From NCBI RefSeq assembly GCF_020745735.1, contig NC_083435.1:41441090-41505089 (forward strand): 64,000 nucleotides of DNA. Direction: 5' to 3'. Source of the DNA: Hemiscyllium ocellatum. Taxonomy: Eukaryota. A model generated the notes under the pieces. The model was not told the DNA's origin, did not search any database, and saw nothing but the letters and a program-made list of their open reading frames with translations. Made by a program: the position numbers and the translations under genes. Shown in pieces: positions 1-10,829 of this stretch (its first letter is position 1; the number at the start of each line of letters is the position of its first letter).

Positions 1-302
1 AAAAACTTATGTTTGTTTCTTATGAGCCACCAAGCTATAGGAAGATTACCTAATTACCCAGCATCAGACTAGCATTGAAATTCATATCCACCATTGCTCA
101 TTTATTAAGGTAGGCAGCACATACTTTTGGCTTGATGGCCACAGCCTGAGAGTGGTGAGCACTATTCATGTCGCTACGCTATAACTCTAAATAGAAATTC
201 TAGGGATGGGAAAGATATCAATTTTAGGGACAAATAGAAGGACACTAAAATAATAAAGGAGAAAGCCTTGAACATGTCGGCGATGGAAAGGATGACTTAG
301 AT

Positions 303-570
303 TCATAGAGTCATAATGCACAGAAACAGATCGTTCAGTCCAACTTGTCCATGTAACTAAGTTTCCCAAACTAAACAGCCCATTTGCCTGCATTTGGTCT
401 ATATCCCTCTAAACATTTCCTAATAATGTCCCAGTGTAAATGTCTTTTTAATGTTGTAATTGAACCTGCATCTATCACTTTCTCTGGCAGTTTTTTCATT
501 CCAAATATGTGCCACCCTCTGTTTGCAAAATTTGCCCTTCAGATCCCTTTTAAATTTGATGTACTTAACC
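303..570 (-). mobile_element. CR1 (HER1-like) LINE 3' end fragment
   Basis: Reverse complement of the CR1 3' UTR ending in TCTATGA; the same tail recurs at 24500, 41505, 23000-23220 and 58400. Confidence 0.8.
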
Positions 571-574
571 TTCT

Positions 575-2420
575 TGCTGGAAGTTAAATGGTAAACCTAA
601 TACAGTTGTAGGAACACTGTATGGAAATGTACCAGGAAAGAAATGGGTATTAAAACAGCAGCACTGATACAGGTGAAATGTGTTCCCTTGGAATACACTG
701 GGGAGTGGTGCCTCTGGACAGTCAAGAAAATTCTTCATTGATAGTGATAAAGAAAGTCACACAATATTTTATTTCACAACAAGGGGTATTTCCTCACTTT
801 TATATTCAAGGAGCTAAAGCTACGAAGATGTTGAGAGTTACTGGAGCAAGACAGTTACTGATGTTGGCCGATGATACAATTTGTCATCCAGTGTAGTTAA
901 TGAAGAAGGAAGTATTAACTGAAGATATATATGGAGGTTACAAACTGATCCAATTATACAGACTTATACTAAAGAGTGAATAGTGATTAAGACATTGTGC
1001 ATCATATCCCAAGCTAACAGGATCCCCTAAATTGTGCAATAAAAATTTGTAAACCAAACTTTCCAAACTGTCTTACATATAAAAGGTAAAGCCCCATAGT
1101 CCTGTCAAGCCGTCGGGTTGCTCTCTCATCAGAAGGAGATGATTGGTCGTGGTTTAACCTGAAGGTCACCACAACTCAGGCCAGGGGAGAAATCGAAACC
1201 AATCTTTTGTGGTAATTGATCCCAAAATTGATATTATCCTGGAGCACAACCTGACTGATTCCAAACTATTAGCCTCACTGCGGACGTTGGGATAGTTTCC
1301 TGACTGTGATCTGACTAAATCTTGAGCACACTGAATTAGAATTAGATTGGAAGAGGTGCCCAGAATAGGAAGTGACTTGGGAATTCAGTTATCCAACAAG
1401 GTTTCGAAAACTTAGATAAAAAGGATGAAGTAAAAAGAGTGAGACTAATAGGATTAACTCATCTTCTTTAAAGAAATGCACAAGACAGATCTTGATCAAA
1501 GCATATCAGGCAGCCTACTCAGAAACTGAATCAAAACCAATAACTGAGTATTATTATTTATAAGATAAAATGTTAATGAGAAAATGGAGAGCACTCCAGA
1601 TATCAGCCAATAAGGAATGGGATTTGGTCAATCAGGTGGTGGTCTCAGATGAGTATGAATGGCTCACAAAATTTCAATGCCAATTCACTTAGGTATTAGG
1701 AAATTTCCGGCTAAAGTACTAAAATATTTTTGTTGAACAACAAGATTACATAAGGACTTTGTCAGACATGCCATTCATATCAGGAAGCAGGGAAATCCCA
1801 ACCATTAATTAAACTTGCGTTTTTAATTCCAGTGCCAGCTCATGAAGGACCACTTACCAGCACCTTAATAGAATGCATAAAACCCAACCTGAGTTCAGTA
1901 TTGGGAATTGCAACTTTTTAAACAATTATATGTGTTTCAACTAGATCTCCTGAAACAGTGCCTTTGGGGAAAATTATGAAAAAAAGTGGGAGTGGAAAGG
2001 TTATCCAAATTTATTTTTTTTAGAAAATATAGAAAATATATTAGAAATATAAAAAATATTTTAGAAATATATAAAAACAAAGAAATCCAATCATATTAAG
2101 GTTCAGATTTTCTGTCACAAATATTCAAATAAATCTTACATAGTTGCGGGGAAACAATTTAAATCTGAAGATTATCATCCCTAATCTCAAGGAGCATTAG
2201 ATGAATACCATTGAACTTGAGGGACCATAATTTAAATTTACTGTTAAGAATGCACAAATTCATTGAGATAAAGGAATTCCTTTGCTACGGTTTACCGTTA
2301 AGGATTCTGTAAGGATTCCATAATATTCAGTCCTTTGGAAGAGACTTATGGAGGAGCTAAGAGGATCCCCTAAATTGTGCAATAAAAATTTGTAAACCAA
2401 ACTTTCCAAACTGTCTTACA
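575..2420 (+). mobile_element. Degenerate Gmr1-like Gypsy LTR retrotransposon, protease followed by integrase
   Basis: Protease-like MLRVTGARQLLML (about 820-870). Integrase remnants HLGIRK..KYF, CQTCH, STRSPETVPL, KEIQS..GS.F, YHP.SQGAL, DKGIPLL and FSPLE at 1660-2370. Protease-integrase order is typical of Gmr1. Many stops and frameshifts. Confidence 0.75.
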
Positions 2421-2679
2421 TATAAAAGATAAAGCCCCATAGTTCTGCCAAGCCATAGGGTTGCTCTCCCGTCAAAAGGAGATGCTTAGTCGTAGTTTAA
2501 CCTGAAGGGCACCACACCTCAGGTCAGGGGTGATATCGAGACCGATCCTTTGTGGTAACCTCGGACAGTTGCAATGCAGAGTAATGCTGTCAGCATGATT
2601 TCAATTCCTGCACTAGCTGAGGTTACTATAAAGAACTTTCCTTCTCAAATTTTACCCTTGTCAAAGGAGAAACTGAGGA

Positions 2680-3075
2680 AACTCATGTTGCTCCAGAAAT
2701 ACTTGGATTGACTGTGAGAGACGTCAATCAGAGAGCCCACCCACTCTGCCCATTGTCTCCTCTTCCTCTTCCAGAGCTGGTTCACTTCCTATAGGGACTG
2801 AAAACCAAGTGAGGAGATGGTGAGTGAAGGAGCAGCTTTTATACAAATTGTATCCCATAATATCCACATCAGTCTTCAGGCAGTCTGACTATCCTGTGGG
2901 TAATCAGGGGTGGAAATGTCCCTTATGCTGTGTGAGAAGATCCAGCTGAGAGAGCTGTTTACTCGGTGCTTTGTGCTGAACTGTGTGACTGGAGCTGTGT
3001 GTGGGAAATTGGGAGTGTTTGTTGGAAGCATGTCCCTTTGATTTACAGGATGAGTTTTGTTGATTACTGAATTCA
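2680..3075 (+). promoter_or_regulatory. Putative promoter, exon 1 (ATG 2817-2819, donor GTGAGT at 2820) and exon 2 acceptor (3048) of ZNF-A
   Basis: Contains GACGTCA (CRE-like), CAATCA, CCCACCC, a pyrimidine tract, ETS-like CACTTCCT and GAGATG|GTGAGT. The same cassette lies upstream of ZNF-B and ZNF-D in the orientation of each gene. Confidence 0.6.
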
Positions 3076-3679
3076 TCTCCTATACTTGGAGACACATTGA
3101 TAGCAGTGTCATTTAATGTCTCCGTTTGAGATATTTTTTCCCCTGAAACTTTGGCCTTTCGCGAAAGCCTGGACTTGGATTTGATCTTTTTGCCCAGTGC
3201 TGTGGCTGATAGCTGAATTTGGAAGGTGCACTCTGATTGAGTGCATTGTATCTGATTTCCTAGGATAAACCAGAACCCTTCTATCAGTTACACTGAAGCA
3301 ATATTTTCCTCAGCTTCTAGCACTGCTTGCTCAGTGTGTTTTCTTTAATTTCTCTTCTGCAAACAAGGCAAAACATTTTAACATATCCATTGAATTACTA
3401 TTTCTGCTGAGTGCATTTTTGCATTCAACAAATACTTTCAGGGTAAAACTTAACCACGACAGCATGTCTTGAGCAACCATCAACTGAGAGCTTATTTTAC
3501 ACTCTGCCCATCTTCTCAATGCTTGAGGAAATGGGGTGTGTATGTGGGAGATGCTGGGCAGAGGGAAGAAAGTAACCTCAGTGACTGCTTCGGGTGCATT
3601 TGCTAAACATACTGTGTGCGTAACAGTTGAGTGAGGAAAAAGAAATGACTTGAAAAGAAAAGATTTGCTGGGAGTCCAC

Positions 3680-4092
3680 CTGGGCTGAAAGGTTTCAGTT
3701 ATCAGGAGAGGCTGGATCGGCTGGGTCTCTTTTCCCTGGAGTATAAGAGACTGAGGGGTCAACTTAGAGATGTCGATAAAATCATGAGAGGCACAGATAA
3801 GTTCATTAGCCAACAGCTTTCTCCCATGGTAGAAAAGTCTCATACTAGAGGGCAAGGTGAGAGAGGAGAGATAGAAAAAAGTCCAGAGGGGCAGCTTTTT
3901 CGCATGGAACGTGGTGAGTGGTGGGGCGAGTACAATTTTGATATTTAAGAAATACTTAGGTACATGGATGGGATAGGTATGGAGGGATTTGGACCAGTGC
4001 AGGCAAATGGGACTAGATTAATTGTGAAAACTGGACAGCATGGGCAAGTTGGGCCAAAGGGCTTGTTTCCGTACTGTAAACCTCTATGACTT
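3680..4092 (+). mobile_element. CR1 LINE 3' fragment
   Basis: Encodes YQERLDRLGLFSLE; CR1 3' UTR ends in TCTATGAC. Confidence 0.85.
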
Positions 4093-4239
4093 GTATCTGA
4101 CCTCCTTTACACCACGGAATAGCAGATTCACTCACTTTGGAACTGAGGAGATGGTGGTGAGATGGTCACTGGACTCATAATCCAGAGGCCCAGAAGAATG
4201 GTTTCATGAGATGGATTGAAATCCACCACCAAAAGATAG

Positions 4240-6955
4240 ACCAGGACATAGAAAAGATGTGCAGGAACAGCAAAGTTAGAGTGATAATGGAGTATTTCAA
4301 TGTGCAGGAAGACTGGGAAAATCAGGTTAGTAGTGGATTGCAAGTAAGGTATTTGTGGAATGTCTACAAGATGGCTTTTTGGAGTAGCTTGTCATGGAGC
4401 ACACTAGCGAACAGGCAATACTGGATTTAGTGTTATGCAATGAGGCAGACTTGATAAGGGAGTTTAAGGTGAAGGAACCCTGAAGAAGCAGTGATCAGAG
4501 CCTGACTGAATTTATTCTGCAATTTGAGGGGGAGGAAATAGAATCAGAAGTATTACAGCTGAATAAAGGCATCTATAGAGACTGAGGGAGGAGCTGGGTA
4601 GGATTGACTGGGAGAGTAACCTAGCAGGAAAGGCAATGGAACAGCAAAGGCAGGAGTTTCTGGGAAATGCTGGAGACACAGCAGAAATTCATCCCGAGGA
4701 AAAAGAAGCATGGTTCAGGGAGGATGAGGAGACTATGGCTGACTGGGGAGGTCAGGGATAGCGTAAAAACAAAAGAGGAAGCATATAATGTGGCAAAGGG
4801 CAGTGGGAAACCAGAGGATTAGGAAGCTTACAAAGACCAACAGAGGGGCAACAAAAAAGAAATAAGGAGGGAGAAGATTAAACATGAGGGGAAGCTAGCC
4901 AATAATGTAAAGGAAGAATGTTAGAGTTTCTTTAGATATATAAAGAGCAAAACAGAGGCAAAAGTAGTCTTTGGACCACTGGAAAATTATGCTGGAGAGA
5001 TAATAATGGGGAACAAGACAGTGGCTAAGGAACTGAATTATTACTTTGCATCAGTCTTCACAGCGAAAGACACGAGTAATGTCCCAAAAATTCAAGAGAA
5101 TGAGAGGGCATAGCTTAGTATGGTGGGCACCACCAAGGAGAAGGTGCTAGAACATCTGAATGGCCTGAAGGTGGATAAATCACCTAGACCAGATGGACTA
5201 CACCCCAGAGTTCTAAGGGAGATAGCTGAAGAGATGTGGAGGTGTTAGTGGTGTTCTTTCTGGAATTGCTAGAATCAGAGAGGGTCCCAGAAGACTGAAA
5301 ATTCGCTAACGTGACACCCTTGTTTAAAAAAAGGAGAGCAGCAAAAGAGGGAAAATTAAAAACTGATTAGCCTAACTTCAGTTGTGGGTAAGATCCTGAA
5401 TCTGATTAGATTAGATTAGATTACTTACAGTGTAGAAACAGGCCCTTCGGCCCAACAAGTCCACACCGACCCGCCGAAGCGCAACCCACCCAGACCCATT
5501 CCCCTACATTTACCCCCGCCCCTAACACTACAGGCAATTTAGCATGGCCAATTCACCTAACCTGCACATTTTTGGACTATGGGAGGAAACCGGAGCACCC
5601 GGAGCAAACCCACACAGACACAGTCAGTCTCCTGAGGTGGGAATTGAACCCGGGTCTCTGGCGCTGTGAGGCAGTACTGCTAACCACTGTGTCACGGTGC
5701 CGCCCACAATCTATTGCAAAGGATGAGATGTCTAAATACTTGGAAATGTCTGGTAAAATAGGGCAAAGTCAGCATGGTTCATTAAGGGTGGGTTTTACCT
5801 GGCAAATCTGCTAGAACTCTTTGAGGAAATAATAAGCAAATTAGACCACCGAGAGCCAATGGATGTTATCTGCATGGACTTCAAGAAGATTTTTGACAAA
5901 GTGCCGCTACTGAATAACGTAAGGGCCCATGATGTTAGAGGCAAGGTGCTAGCATGGATAGAAGCTTCGCTGTTTGGAAAAAAGCAGGGAGTAGGGATGA
6001 AAGGGTTCTTCTCAGGATGGCAGCCAGTAACAAGTGGTGTTCCACAAGGCTCAGTATTGTGACCACAACTTTTCACTTTATACATTAAAGATTGAGATGA
6101 AGGGACTGAGGGCATTCTGGCTAAGTTTGCAGATGATACAAAGACAGGTAGAGGGACAGGTAGCATGAGGAGGCAGGGAGGCTGCAGACGGATTTGGACA
6201 GATTAGGAGAGTGGGCAAAGAAGTGGCAGATGGAGTACAATATGGGAAAATGTGAGATCATGCACTTTGGTAGGAAGAATAGAGGCATGGACTATTTTCT
6301 AAACAGGGAGAAAATTCAGAAGTCTGAGATGCAAAGAGACTTGGGAGTTCTCGTCCAGGATTCTGTCAACGTAAACTTGCAGGTTGAGTCATTAGTTAGG
6401 AAAGCAAACACAGTGATGGCATTTGTTTTGAGAGGACTTGAATATAAAAGCAGGAATGTAATTCTGAGGCCCTGTAAGGCTCTGGTGAGACCACATTTAG
6501 AGTATTGTGTTCAGTTTTGGGCCACATATCTCAGGAAGGATGTACTGGTATTGGAACGTGTTCAAAGGATACTCATGAGAGTGGTCCCAGGAATGAAAAG
6601 TTTCGCAGACAAGGAACATTTAGGGACTCTGGGTCTACACTCAATGGAGTTTAGAAAAATGAACGGGAGGATCCAGTTGAAGCTTACAAAATACTTAATG
6701 GCCCGGACAAAGTATATGTTGGGAAGATGTTTCCATTGGTCAGAGAGACTCGGACCCTAATCAATGAATTCATTGCCATAAGAAGGCTGTGGAGGTCAGG
6801 TACTGACATAGATAGGTTCTTGACTATCAGGGGGATTAAATGTTATGAAGAGAAAGTGGAAGAATGCGGTTGAGAAACTTACCAGTCATGACTGATTGGC
6901 AGAGCAGACTCAATGGGCTGACTGGCCTAATTTCTGCTCGTATGTCTTATTGGCC
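4240..6955 (+). mobile_element. Degenerate CR1 LINE ORF2 (endonuclease end plus RT) with 3' UTR
   Basis: Motifs [38 protein letters not shown] and RPHLEYCVQFW; multiple stops. Confidence 0.9.
5404..5705 (-). mobile_element. HE1 (V-SINE family) tRNA-derived SINE nested in CR1
   Basis: GGGCGGCAC head, V-domain GGGTGCTCCGGTTTCCTCCCA and (AATCT)n tail on the minus strand. Confidence 0.9.
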
Positions 6956-7259
6956 TTGTTTAAAAAGCATCTGGAAGGGTACATGAATAGGAAGGGTTTA
7001 TAGGGATATGGGCCAAATGCTGGCAAATGGGACTGGAGTAATTTTGGAGATCTGGTTGGCATGAATGAGTTGGACTGAAGGGTCTGTTTCCTTACTTTAT
7101 GATACTGTGTACATCAGCAACAACAGCAGAATTCAATTAAACCATATTTTGTAATCTCCTGGCCCAGCATATTCTCCACTCGATTTTAACATCACACATG
7201 CAGGTGCAGCACGAGGCATATCTAAAAGTGAGGTTTCAACCTGATGAAACTACAACACA

Positions 7260-8895
7260 GGTATACTTGCATGCCATAAAGCATAAGCAGCGTGCAGAAG
7301 ATAGGGCAAATTGATTTTCAACCAACAGACAAGATCTAACATTGAAGGAGACTCTACAAATATCCCTACACTTTATGATGGAGAGCCCAGTAAATGTGTT
7401 CAAAGGACTAGGCTGAAACATCTCCATCCACCTACAGTTTGTAGTGCTCTTCCATCTCAGACACCTACAGAAGTCCCAGAATCAAGATGCCAGTCTTCAG
7501 TCAAGTCGATTCACTCACATGATAGTAAGAAACAGCAGAAAGTACTGGAGACTAGAAAAGAAATCGGCCCTGACAACGTTCTGACTTAAGCTCCAGAACT
7601 AGCTGTGCCGCTAGCTAGACTGTTCCAATACAGTTATTACATTGGCATCGATCCTGCAGTGTAGAAAAGTGCCTAGCTATATAAATTGCCTGTGTATGAA
7701 AAACAGCACAATTCCAACCTGGCCAAATATTTCCGCATCAATCTACTCTCAATCATCAGTGAAGTGGTGAAAGGGTCATCTACAGTATGATCAATAATTT
7801 GTTCACTAATGCTCAGCTTGGACTCTGCCATCTCCTAAACTCGTTACATCCTTGGTCCAAACCTAGACAGAAGAACTGAATTCCAGCAGTTAGATGGGAG
7901 AGTGACTGCCTCTGACATCAAGACAGCATTTGACCAGGTGTTTTATTAAGATTTCTGAGTAAAAATAGAGTCATGGGGATAAAGTAAAACAAAGAACTGT
8001 GGATGCTGGAAGCAAAAACGGAACTGGTGAGAAATTTAGCAAGTCTGGCAGCATCTCTGGAGAAATCATAGTTGATGTTTTGAGTCTAGTGAGTCTTCAA
8101 AACAGTAATGAAGAAGGATCACTGGATTCAAAATGCTGACTGCTTTCTCTCCACGGATGCTGCCAGACCCACTGTAGTTCTCCAGTAATTTCTGCAGGAA
8201 TCCTTGAGAATTGAGGGGAAAGTCCTTGGCTGATTGGTGTTACACCTAGCATGTTGGAAGTTAGTTGTTGAAGAACAATGATCTCAGTTCCAAGACATCT
8301 CTGTAGCAGTTCCTCAGGAAGTGTCCTTGGCCCACTAATTTCAGCTGCTTTAGTGACTTTATAAATATTATAAGGTCTGAAATGGGGATGTTTTATGATG
8401 ATTACACAATATTCTGTGTCGTTTGTGACTTCTCAAATACTAAAGCAATCATGTCTGGATATCATTCTGACTTGGGCTGATAAATGATAAGTAACATTTG
8501 ATACCAGATAAGTGCTTCTGGAGAACAGTGCACCATCTCCCCATTATGGAGAGATTTTCAATGGCTTTTCAATTGCTGAGTCCCAACTGTCAAATGTCAG
8601 GGGTTACCACTGACCGCAAACTGAATTGGACCAGTCATACAAATAGTGTGGCTTGAAGAGCAGGTCAGGGTCTGGGAATTTTGAGGTAAATAACTTACCT
8701 CCTGACTCCCCAGTCCCTGTTCACCAAGTACAAGGTACAAATCAGCAGGGTAATTGAATACTGTTTCTTTGGCCTGGATGGTGAAGGTCCAACAAAGCTC
8801 GAGAAGCTACCTAACAATAGATATTCAAAAATACAGCTTACCACAAACTTCTCAAAGGCAATCAGGGATAAGCATCAAATATTGGTCTCACTAGA
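7260..8895 (+). mobile_element. Degenerate non-LTR retrotransposon RT (CR1/L2-clade), interrupted
   Basis: Remnants APELAVPLA, DIKTAFDQV and VPQ.SVLGP; its 3' tail resembles the SINE tail at 32850-32900. Confidence 0.6.
7985..8195. mobile_element. Inverted pair of Penelope-like terminal fragments
   Basis: TCTGGCAGCATC..TGGAGA mirrored by TCTCCA..GATGCTGCCAGA; related to the Penelope tail at 61660-61760. Confidence 0.55.
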
Positions 8896-9725
8896 TGCAT
8901 CAAAAATAGAGATGTATATATCACTGAATATATTTAAGAAAGAAATGTTTAGATTTCTAGAAGGAAAAGGTGTCAAGGATATTGGTGGAAAGCAAATACA
9001 TGCTGTTGATACAGAGCGTTAGAAGTGATAATTGGTGAACAAACTCAATGAGCCAAATGGCCTACTCCTGCTACCAATTTCTGCGTTTCTGAAAAGAAGA
9101 AGAAAATTGAGGAGTCAGATCTGTCAGTAAAGGAGGAGAAAGTATTCGACAAAATCATGTTTACTTTTCCTGTTTTACAGAAGGATTGTGCCGCACTACA
9201 CCAGAGAATACAGAGAGGACAGACACAGATAGATCCTGACCATCACCCAAGGAACAACTGCACAATTGTGGGAAGACATTCTATTCCTTCACAGCATTGC
9301 TCAACACAGAGAAGGTTGGGCAGTGAAACCATCATCTGGAAATTGGTCAGGTCAGGGGAGCTTTGACATATCATCAGTTCTAAAACTGGTCAGTGGTGTG
9401 CTGCCTTCCATCAGAACCAACCTATCTGAAGTTTGACCGCAGGTGATGGGTCAGGTTGAGATTGGGAAGAAGCGTGGTGATAGTTTCAGTCCTTCACTGA
9501 GCTTCATGAATCACTGACTCATTCCTATAGGGGCGAGGCAGTTCAAGAGGAGTACTCACAACTTGTGAAGCCTTGTGACACATCAGAGAAAGGAATCCAG
9601 TGTGAGATGTCCAAAGTTAATGATTCGCTGATGCATTCACACTGTGGAGAAGCCATTTGCATGTGATGTTTTTGACAAAATATTCTCATAGACATCAACA
9701 CCTCCGTGCAAATCAATGCATTTAC

Positions 9726-10829
9726 ATGATGGAGAAGCCATTCAGATGTGAGGTCTGTGACAAGTCATTCTCTCAGTCGTCACACTTCCTTGTGCACCAA
9801 CGTAGCCACACAGGGGAGAAACCATTTATGTGCAAGGTGTGTGAGAAATCATTCTCACAGTCATCAAGCCTCCATGTGCACCAACGCATTCACACAGGGG
9901 ACAAAACATTCTTGTGCAAGCTGTGTGACAAATCATTCTTGCAATCATCACATCTCCTCATACATCAACATATTCATACAGGAGAGAAACCATTTATGTG
10001 TGAGTTGTGTGGCAAATCATTCTCACAGTCATCAAGCCTTCGCATACACCAACGTATTCACACTGGGGAGAAACCATTCACATGTGAGGTGTGTGACAAA
10101 TCATTCTCACAGTCATCACACTTCCACATACATCAACGTATTCACACAGGGGAGAAGCCATTCACGTGTACAATGTGCAACAAATCATTCTCCAACTCAT
10201 CAAAACTCCTGCTCCATCAGAGGATTCACACGGGCGAGAAACCATTCAGATGCGAGATGTGCGACCAGTCATTTTCGTCATCATCAGCACTCCGGGTACA
10301 CCAACGGGTTCACACAGGGGAGAAACCGTTCACTTGTGAGTCGTGTGACAAATCATTCTCACAGTTATCCACCCTCCGCAAGCACCAACGCATTCATAAG
10401 GGGGGCAAAGCATTCACATGCAGTGTGTGCAACAAATCATTCTTGAGATCATCAAACCTTCTACTCCATCAGAGGACTCACACAGAGAAGAAACCGTTCA
10501 CGTGTGAGGTATGTGACAAATCATTCTCTGAGTCATCAAACCTCTTGCGGCATCAGAGGATTCACACAGGGGAGAAACCATTCAGATGTGAAGTTTGTGC
10601 CAAATCATTCTCTCAGTTGTCAATCCTCCATATACATCAACGTATCCACACAGGGGAGAAACCATTCACGTGTGAGGTGTGCAACAAATCATTCTCGAGA
10701 TCATCAACCCTCCGCACACACCAACACATTCACACAGGGGAGAGACCATTCAGGTGTAATATGTGTAACAAATCATTCTCAAGGTCATCGAGATTCCTGC
10801 TTCATCAGAGGATCCACACAGCAGAGTGA
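9726..10829 (+). CDS. Tandem C2H2 zinc-finger protein ZNF-A, 13 fingers, no effector domain visible
   Basis: 13 intact CxxC-12-HxxxH units, mostly with TGEKP linkers. First ATG is at 9726 (the track start at 9657 is TTG). Terminal exon acceptor TTTTCCTGTTTTACAG ends at 9180. Confidence 0.92.
   Translation: MMEKPFRCEVCDKSFSQSSHFLVHQRSHTGEKPFMCKVCEKSFSQSSSLHVHQRIHTGDKTFLCKLCDKSFLQSSHLLIHQHIHTGEKPFMCELCGKSFSQSSSLRIHQRIHTGEKPFTCEVCDKSFSQSSHFHIHQRIHTGEKPFTCTMCNKSFSNSSKLLLHQRIHTGEKPFRCEMCDQSFSSSSALRVHQRVHTGEKPFTCESCDKSFSQLSTLRKHQRIHKGGKAFTCSVCNKSFLRSSNLLLHQRTHTEKKPFTCEVCDKSFSESSNLLRHQRIHTGEKPFRCEVCAKSFSQLSILHIHQRIHTGEKPFTCEVCNKSFSRSSTLRTHQHIHTGERPFRCNMCNKSFSRSSRFLLHQRIHTAE

Noticed and set aside
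3331-3855. 174-aa minus-strand ORF
   Set aside because: It spans an antisense CR1 fragment and intronic DNA, has no recognisable domain and is not preserved in paralogs
9657-9725. N-terminal extension MHVMFLTKY... of ZNF-A
   Set aside because: It starts at TTG and is an out-of-frame read of a decayed finger; the first ATG is at 9726
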